Below are positions 59,198 through 64,000 of a stretch of DNA of 64,000 bases, piece by piece (position 1 is the stretch's first letter; each line of letters starts with the position of its first letter). A program made the position numbers and the translations under genes. Source of the stretch: an uncultured candidatus Brocadiaceae bacterium (GTDB lineage Bacteria > Planctomycetota > Brocadiia > SM23-32); contig CAYSWA010000011.1 in NCBI GenBank assembly GCA_964434535.1, positions 744 through 64,743 on the forward strand, written 5' to 3'. The notes beneath the pieces were generated by a model. It saw only the letters and a list, made by a program, of their open reading frames with translations, searched no databases and was not told the DNA's origin.

Positions 59198-59887
59198 TCA
59201 GATTTCCTTCAGCCTGTAGCCCACGCCCCGCACCGTCTCGATATAGTGCGAGAGCGGCCCCAGCTTGCGCCGCAGCGCGACGATGTGCACGTCCACCGAC
59301 CGGTCGGTCACGATCGCGTCGGAGCCCTGGACCGCGTCGACGATCTGGTAGCGGGTGGAGACCCAGCCCGGCCGCCGGGCCAGCAGGTGCAGTATGCGGA
59401 ACTCGGTGTAGGTCAGCTCCACCGGCTCGCCTTTGACCAGCACTTCCTGGCGGCCCGGGTGGATGGCCAGTTCGCCGACGCGCACGTTCGCCCTCTCGCC
59501 GGGCACCTGGGCGGAACGACGCCGCAGCACGGCGCGGATCCGGGCCGTCAGCACGCGCGGGCTGAAGGGCTTGGTCACGTAATCGTCCGCCCCCAGCTCC
59601 AGGCCCGTCACGATGTCGGCCTCCTCGCCCTTCGCCGTCAGCATCACGATCGGGATGCGCGCCGTCGCCGGCTCGTTCTTGAGGATCTTGCAGACCTCCA
59701 GCCCGTCCATGCCCGGCAGCATCAGGTCCAGCACCAGCAGGTCCGGCGTATTCGCGCGCGCCTTGGCCAGCGCCTGATCCCCCGTGGTCACGCAGTCCAC
59801 GCGGTAGCCGTCGCGGGTCAGGTTGTAGCTGACCAGCTCCAGTATGTCCTCCTCGTCGTCGGCGACCATGATCCGCTCACCAGCCAT
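59198..59887 (-). CDS. phoB: Phosphate regulon response regulator PhoB (OmpR family)
   Basis: 229 aa; receiver (ADDEEDI, DLLVLDLMLPGMDG, KPF) and winged-helix output (VRGVGYRL). Confidence 0.9.
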   Translation of the reverse strand: MAGERIMVADDEEDILELVSYNLTRDGYRVDCVTTGDQALAKARANTPDLLVLDLMLPGMDGLEVCKILKNEPATARIPIVMLTAKGEEADIVTGLELGADDYVTKPFSPRVLTARIRAVLRRRSAQVPGERANVRVGELAIHPGRQEVLVKGEPVELTYTEFRILHLLARRPGWVSTRYQIVDAVQGSDAIVTDRSVDVHIVALRRKLGPLSHYIETVRGVGYRLKEI

Positions 59888-60064
59888 GACGGCCCTCCCG
59901 GGACGGGCATATACCCCCGCCTGAGGATAAAGGTAAGGCGGCTCTGTTAGCCCGCCGCTAACATCGTATCAAAGCTCTGTTGGGCCTGCCACCAGCCACC
60001 GCCCCCTTGCGGCCGGCGGCGGGCTCTGCCATCATGGCCCGCGCACCGTCACCGGAGGGAACTG

Positions 60065-60202
60065 ATGCCCCCCCTGCTGCTGCCCGGGCGACTCGCCGGC
60101 CAGATGCGTCCCGAGCGCGCCCGCGAGGCCGCAGCGTTCGTGCAGATGTTCGGCACCGAGCCGCGCCTGGCCGGGGCGTTGCGCGAGGCCGGCCTGCTCT
60201 GA
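60065..60202 (+). CDS. Small ORF (45 aa, MPPLLLPGRLAGQMRPERAREAAAFVQMFGTEPRLAGALREAGLL), candidate small protein or leader
   Basis: The RBS-start context GGAGGGAACTGATG is nearly identical to that of the downstream aldolase gene (GGAGGGAACTCATG). Followed by a terminator-like hairpin. No homology is recognisable. Confidence 0.3.
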   Translation: MPPLLLPGRLAGQMRPERAREAAAFVQMFGTEPRLAGALREAGLL

Positions 60203-60205
60203 GGC

Positions 60206-60224
60206 GCGGTCGGAGGCCGCTTTT
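60206..60224 (+). terminator. Putative intrinsic terminator (GCGGUC-GGA-GGCCGC + UUUU) after the small ORF
   Basis: 6-bp GC stem, a 3-nt loop and a U4 tract. An alternative 10-bp pairing CGGAGGCCGC(60211-60220)/GCGGCCTCCG(60236-60245) could compete with it. Confidence 0.35.
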
Positions 60225-60296
60225 CCGGTTGACATGCGGCCTCCGTCATGCGAGCATCTATGTTCCTGCCGCAGGAAGCGTCCCTGGAGGGAACTC

Positions 60297-61292
60297 ATGG
60301 TTGAGCACGTGAAGGACGAACACGCGAAGGGCTCGTGGCTGACCTACCGGCCCGACATCAAGATCCTGGACTGCACCGTCCGCGACGGCGGCCTGATCAA
60401 CGACCACATGTTCGAAGACGGCCTGGTCAAGGCCATCTACAAGACGCTGGTCGAGGCGGGCGTCGACTACATGGAGCTCGGCTACAAGGCGTCGAAGAGC
60501 ATCTACGCCCCGTCCGAGTACGGCCCCTGGAAGTACTGCGACGAGGACGACGTGCGCCGCATCGTCGATGACAACCCCACCCCGATGAAGCTGAGTGTGA
60601 TGGCCGACGCCGAGCGCACGGACTACAAGGAGGACATCCTGCCGGCCGACCAGAGCGTGATCGACACGATCCGCGTCGCCTCCTACATCCACCAGATCCC
60701 GGTCGCGCTGGACATGATCGAGGACGCTCACCAGAAGGGCTACGAGGTGGTGATGCAGTTGATGGCCGTCAGCGTGGTACAGGACCGCGAGCTGGGCGAG
60801 GCGCTCGAGGTGCTCGCCCAGAGCGCGGTCAGCGCCATCTACCTGGTGGACAGCTTCGGCGCGCTCTACTCCGAGCAGATCCGCGACCTGACCCTCACCT
60901 ACCTGACGGCCGTCGAGGGCACGGGCAAGGAGGTCGGCATCCACGCCCACAACAACCAGCAGCTCGCCTACGCCAACACGCTCGAGGCGCTCATCGTCGG
61001 CGCCAGCCGGCTGGACGCCACCATCAACGGCATAGGGCGCGGGGCGGGAAACTGCCCGCTGGAGCTGCTGATCGGTTTCCTGAAGAACCCCAAGTTCCAC
61101 CTGCGCCCGGTGCTCCAGTGCATCCAGGAGCACCTGCTGCCGCTGGACGGTCAGATCGAGTGGGGCCCGCGCATCCCCTACATGATCACCGGCCAGCTCA
61201 ACATGCACCCCCGCTCCGCCATCGAGCTGCGCCAGAGCGAGGAGCCCGACGATTGCGTCGGCTTCTACGACCGGATCATGGAAGAGGAGTAG
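60297..61292 (+). CDS. DRE-TIM (HMGL-like) aldolase, 4-hydroxy-2-oxovalerate aldolase (DmpG)-like
   Basis: 331 aa; LDCTVRDGG and GIHAHNNQ metal-binding motifs; no LeuA-type C-terminal regulatory domain. Confidence 0.8.
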   Translation: MVEHVKDEHAKGSWLTYRPDIKILDCTVRDGGLINDHMFEDGLVKAIYKTLVEAGVDYMELGYKASKSIYAPSEYGPWKYCDEDDVRRIVDDNPTPMKLSVMADAERTDYKEDILPADQSVIDTIRVASYIHQIPVALDMIEDAHQKGYEVVMQLMAVSVVQDRELGEALEVLAQSAVSAIYLVDSFGALYSEQIRDLTLTYLTAVEGTGKEVGIHAHNNQQLAYANTLEALIVGASRLDATINGIGRGAGNCPLELLIGFLKNPKFHLRPVLQCIQEHLLPLDGQIEWGPRIPYMITGQLNMHPRSAIELRQSEEPDDCVGFYDRIMEEE

Positions 61293-62769
61293 CGCCCGGC
61301 CCGGCCGGCGAGGGGAGCGGCACCGAGGCCCGGTAGCCGCCGGGCGAGTTGTTCCGCCCGTCCGGCGGCAGCGCGAAGAGGAGCGCCGCGACGGCGCCTT
61401 GCGGCACGGCCACCCTCCGCTCGTCGGTGTGCGCGTAGCTCTCCGCCCCGTCGGAGCCGACGAAGACGACGCGGCGCCAGTACTCTTCGCCGCAGTCCAG
61501 CGCCTTCGCCCCGGCCGGCAGCCCGACCCGCAGCCCCTCCGCATCGCACGAGGAGCGCCACAGAAGCTCCACCCGCCCGGCGCCCTCCCCCACCTCGCCG
61601 GCGGTCTGGCGCGGGTGGCGGAACTCCTCCCAGCGCATGATCCGCCGGTAGGTGTCGAGCACGATGTTTGAGGTCAGGTCCTCCAGGTTCCCGTACTCCC
61701 GCTGGCGATAGAGGCCGAGGTCCTTGATGTCAGTCAGCTCGTAGAAGGTGACCGAGCCGATCACCTCCGGGTGGCGGCGGACCCAGCAGTAGGCCTCATA
61801 GATGAGCTGGGCGCGCACCTCGGGGCCGTGGATGGCCTCGGCGTAGTCGAGCTCGCCCAGGTCGATCCGCGTCGGCTCGCCGCGCATCGCGCTGATCCGC
61901 TCGTGGAAGGCGCGGAAGACGACCTGGCAGAGCTCGTGCACAGTGAGCGCGAAGAAAGGCAGGTCAGCGAAGTCCTCGTAGACGATCAGCGGCGGCTCGG
62001 GGCCCTCCGCGTAGGCCCAGCCCAGCGAGCCGTACTGGTCGAGCGACGCCACGACGTTCGGGTCCGCGTACATCGGCCCGAGCTCATCGGGCCCGAGGTT
62101 GGGAAGCTCGTCGGGACCCAAGCCCGGCCGCTTCGCGCTGCCGCCGGGGCCGTTGTAGCAGGCGACGAAGGTCAGCCCCGGCGCGACGCCGCACATCACG
62201 TCCCGCGCGTGGAGGAAGAAGTCGCTGATCTCCCGGTAGATCGGCGTCTGCCGCTCGCGGGGCAGGTTGCCCACGTTGCGGGCGAAGCGGAACCAGGTGC
62301 AGCCGTTCGCCTCGTGGTTGAGGCGCACCTCCATGCGGCCGAACGGCTTGAGCCGCTCGGCGATGCGCACCAGCTCCTCGTCGGAGGTCTCGGTCTCCAT
62401 CTCGAGCGTAAGGCGCGCGTCCTGCCCGTGGCGGCGAACGTCGGCGATCTGGCGCAAGACCTCGCACTCGGGGGCCTCGGGCACGAGCGAGTAGTAGCCG
62501 TCGGTCCAGTCGTTGAGCTCTTCCAGGCGGGTCTTCTCGGTCTCGTCGCAGATCGAATGGCGGAAGTGCGGCACGTCCTGGCCGAAGATGCGCCGCTCGG
62601 GCCAGAAGCTCTGCTTGGGATAGTAGTTGGACATCAGGTTCACGCCCGTGTGCGGGGCGCCGAGCCGGGCGACCGCGTCGGCCTGCGCCATGTAGGTGGA
62701 GCGCTCGCTGCCGTCGCTCATGTAGAGCCGGATCGCCGGCTCGCCCTGGTGGATCTTCTCGATGCGCAT
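61276..62769 (-). CDS. Hypothetical protein (TIM-barrel glycosidase-like), tandem paralog A
   Basis: 497 aa with coherent composition, opposite a spurious Arg-rich frame. Conserved blocks RLNHEANGCTWFRFARNVG, YNGPG, TFYELTD are shared with paralog B. Confidence 0.6.
   Translation of the reverse strand: MRIEKIHQGEPAIRLYMSDGSERSTYMAQADAVARLGAPHTGVNLMSNYYPKQSFWPERRIFGQDVPHFRHSICDETEKTRLEELNDWTDGYYSLVPEAPECEVLRQIADVRRHGQDARLTLEMETETSDEELVRIAERLKPFGRMEVRLNHEANGCTWFRFARNVGNLPRERQTPIYREISDFFLHARDVMCGVAPGLTFVACYNGPGGSAKRPGLGPDELPNLGPDELGPMYADPNVVASLDQYGSLGWAYAEGPEPPLIVYEDFADLPFFALTVHELCQVVFRAFHERISAMRGEPTRIDLGELDYAEAIHGPEVRAQLIYEAYCWVRRHPEVIGSVTFYELTDIKDLGLYRQREYGNLEDLTSNIVLDTYRRIMRWEEFRHPRQTAGEVGEGAGRVELLWRSSCDAEGLRVGLPAGAKALDCGEEYWRRVVFVGSDGAESYAHTDERRVAVPQGAVAALLFALPPDGRNNSPGGYRASVPLPSPAGPGATPLP
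61333..61628. repeat. Near-identical ~296-bp tract (copy 1) shared between the 3' ends of tandem paralogs A and B
   Basis: Direct comparison with 62821-63116 (offset 1488 bp) shows about 4 mismatches in ~296 bp. The flanks are only ~50-70% identical. Confidence 0.8.
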
Positions 62770-62784
62770 CCAGGCCCCCTGCTC

Positions 62785-64000
62785 TTAGGAGATTGCCCGC
62801 GGCACGGCCACCTCGCGGCGGTAGCCGTCGGGCGAGTTGTTCCGCCCGTCCGGCGGCAGCGCGAAGAGGAGCGCCGCGACGGCGCCTTGCGGCACGGCCA
62901 CCCTCCGCTCGTCGGTGTGCGCGTAGCTCTCCGCCCCGTCGGAGCCGACGAAGACGACGCGGCGCCAGTACTCTTCGCCGCAGTCCAGCGCCTTCGCCCC
63001 GGCCGGCAGCCCGACCCGCAGCCCCTCCGCATCGCACGAGGAGCGCCACAGAAGCTCCACCCGCCCGGCGCCCTCCCCCACCTCGCCGACGGTCTGGCGC
63101 GGGTGGCGGAACTCTTCCCAGCCCATGACGCGGCGGTAGACCTCGGCGACCAGGTTCTCGCTCACGTGCTCCACGTCGCCGTACTCCTTCTGGCGGAACA
63201 GGCCGAGCCCGCCCATGTCGGTCAGCTCGTAGAAGGTGATGCTCCCGATCAGGTCGGGGTGGCGCCGCAGCCAGCAGTAGCACTCGAAGATGAGCTGCGC
63301 GCGGATCTCGGGGCCGTGGAAGTCCTCGTCGAAGTCGAGCTCGCCCAGGTCGATCCGCGCGTTCTCGCCGCGCTTGCGGGAGATGAACTGCTGGAACGGA
63401 CGGATCACCAGCTCGCAGAGCTCGTGGGGCGTCAGCGCGAACCCCTTGTGCTCGTCGAAGGCGAACTTGCCGATGATCGGCGGGTTCTGGACCGTGTGGC
63501 CCGGCCAGCCGCAATGCAGCGAGCCGTACTGGTCGAGCGAGACGATGATGCCGGCCAGCTCGTACATCAGCCCCAGCTCGTCGTTGCCCAGGTGGGGCAG
63601 GGACTCCTGGTCGATCTCGCCCTTGGCCATGCGCTCGCCGGGACCGTTGTAGCAGCCGACCATGGTCACGTTCGGCGCCTGCCGGGCCATCAGGTCGTGC
63701 ACGCGGATGAAGAACCGGCTGATCTCGTAGTAGGTGCGGCGCTGCTCTTCGCCGCTCATCTGGCCGACGTTGCGGGCGAAGCGGAACCACGAGCAGCCGT
63801 TCGCCTCGTGGTTGAGGCGCAGCTCCAGCGGGCCGAACTCCCTGAGGATGGCGGCGATCCGCTCCAGGTCCTCGGTGGCGGTGTCCAGGTCGGCGGTCAG
63901 GGTCAGCCGCACGTCCTGGCCGTGGCGCCGCACGTCTTCCATCTGGCCGACCACGTCGTTGCGCGGGTCCTCCAGGTCGAAGGAGTAGTAGCCGTCGGTC
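62785..64000 (-). CDS. Hypothetical protein, tandem paralog B (5' partial; continues beyond window end)
   Basis: The reverse translation continues in frame to the window edge (…DGYYSFDLEDPRNDVVGQMEDVRRHGQD…), aligning with paralog A. The last ~100 aa are nearly identical to A. Confidence 0.6.
   Translation of the reverse strand, partial: TDGYYSFDLEDPRNDVVGQMEDVRRHGQDVRLTLTADLDTATEDLERIAAILREFGPLELRLNHEANGCSWFRFARNVGQMSGEEQRRTYYEISRFFIRVHDLMARQAPNVTMVGCYNGPGERMAKGEIDQESLPHLGNDELGLMYELAGIIVSLDQYGSLHCGWPGHTVQNPPIIGKFAFDEHKGFALTPHELCELVIRPFQQFISRKRGENARIDLGELDFDEDFHGPEIRAQLIFECYCWLRRHPDLIGSITFYELTDMGGLGLFRQKEYGDVEHVSENLVAEVYRRVMGWEEFRHPRQTVGEVGEGAGRVELLWRSSCDAEGLRVGLPAGAKALDCGEEYWRRVVFVGSDGAESYAHTDERRVAVPQGAVAALLFALPPDGRNNSPDGYRREVAVPRAIS
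62821..63116. repeat. Near-identical ~296-bp tract (copy 2) in paralog B
   Basis: See copy 1. Confidence 0.8.

Noticed and set aside
60065-60202. Leucine-operon style leader peptide
   Set aside because: It has only three Leu codons. The downstream gene is a short DmpG-like aldolase without a LeuA regulatory domain, so it is not an isopropylmalate synthase.

Overview
This window is a ~70% GC bacterial chromosomal segment. It has no rRNA, CRISPR array or mobile-element genes. It is densely coded with many translationally coupled (ATGA/GTGA) gene junctions. The six-frame track is full of Arg/Pro/Gly-rich antisense ORFs typical of GC-rich DNA; I ignored those. Supported content, start to end:

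- Minus strand, 1-8111: mnmE N-terminus (runs off the window), a Zn-dependent alcohol dehydrogenase-family gene, a four-gene FHA / Ser-Thr-kinase module with its own promoter, and an IspH fused to a polytopic membrane domain.
- A secreted TPR protein, argJ, and a rpsO-pnp operon driven by a consensus TTGCCG-N17-TATAAT promoter.
- A sigma-54 NtrC-family regulator with an atypical receiver domain.
- A lipoprotein-tsaB-uspA-nrdJ (B12-dependent ribonucleotide reductase) operon.
- A minus-strand block: pabB-pabC, then an HdrA/GltD-like flavoprotein-ferredoxin-MvhD fusion, metV, metF and an APC permease with a C-terminal PTS-EIIA-like domain.
- A uroporphyrinogen-decarboxylase-family gene and a STAS-mlaE / mlaF / mlaD / auxiliary-lipoprotein operon.
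- A minus-strand PIG-L deacetylase - GT4 glycosyltransferase - six-hairpin glycosidase - rnc operon.
- An ssrA (tmRNA) gene with a textbook promoter. The ORF track cannot show it.
- An aldehyde dehydrogenase, then a glycan-utilisation cluster: GH3, GH1, a B12-binding radical SAM protein, a Cys-type sulfatase and a PL22 oligogalacturonate-lyase-like beta-propeller.
- A complete Pho regulon block, phoU-pstBACS ... phoR-phoB. Two tandem secretin paralogs and a lipoprotein sit between pstS and phoR.
- A DmpG-like DRE-TIM aldolase preceded by a small ORF and terminator.
- Two tandem paralogous hypothetical genes that share a ~296-bp near-identical tract consistent with gene conversion.

The candidates I rate highest as possibly undescribed are the GltD/HdrA-like-MvhD + MetVF module, the Pho-embedded secretin pair, the atypical FHA/kinase module and the IspH-membrane fusion. 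Several repeated palindromic and direct-repeat elements in intergenic regions are also flagged. The TTGNCG-N17-TATAAT promoters stand out sharply against the GC-rich background.
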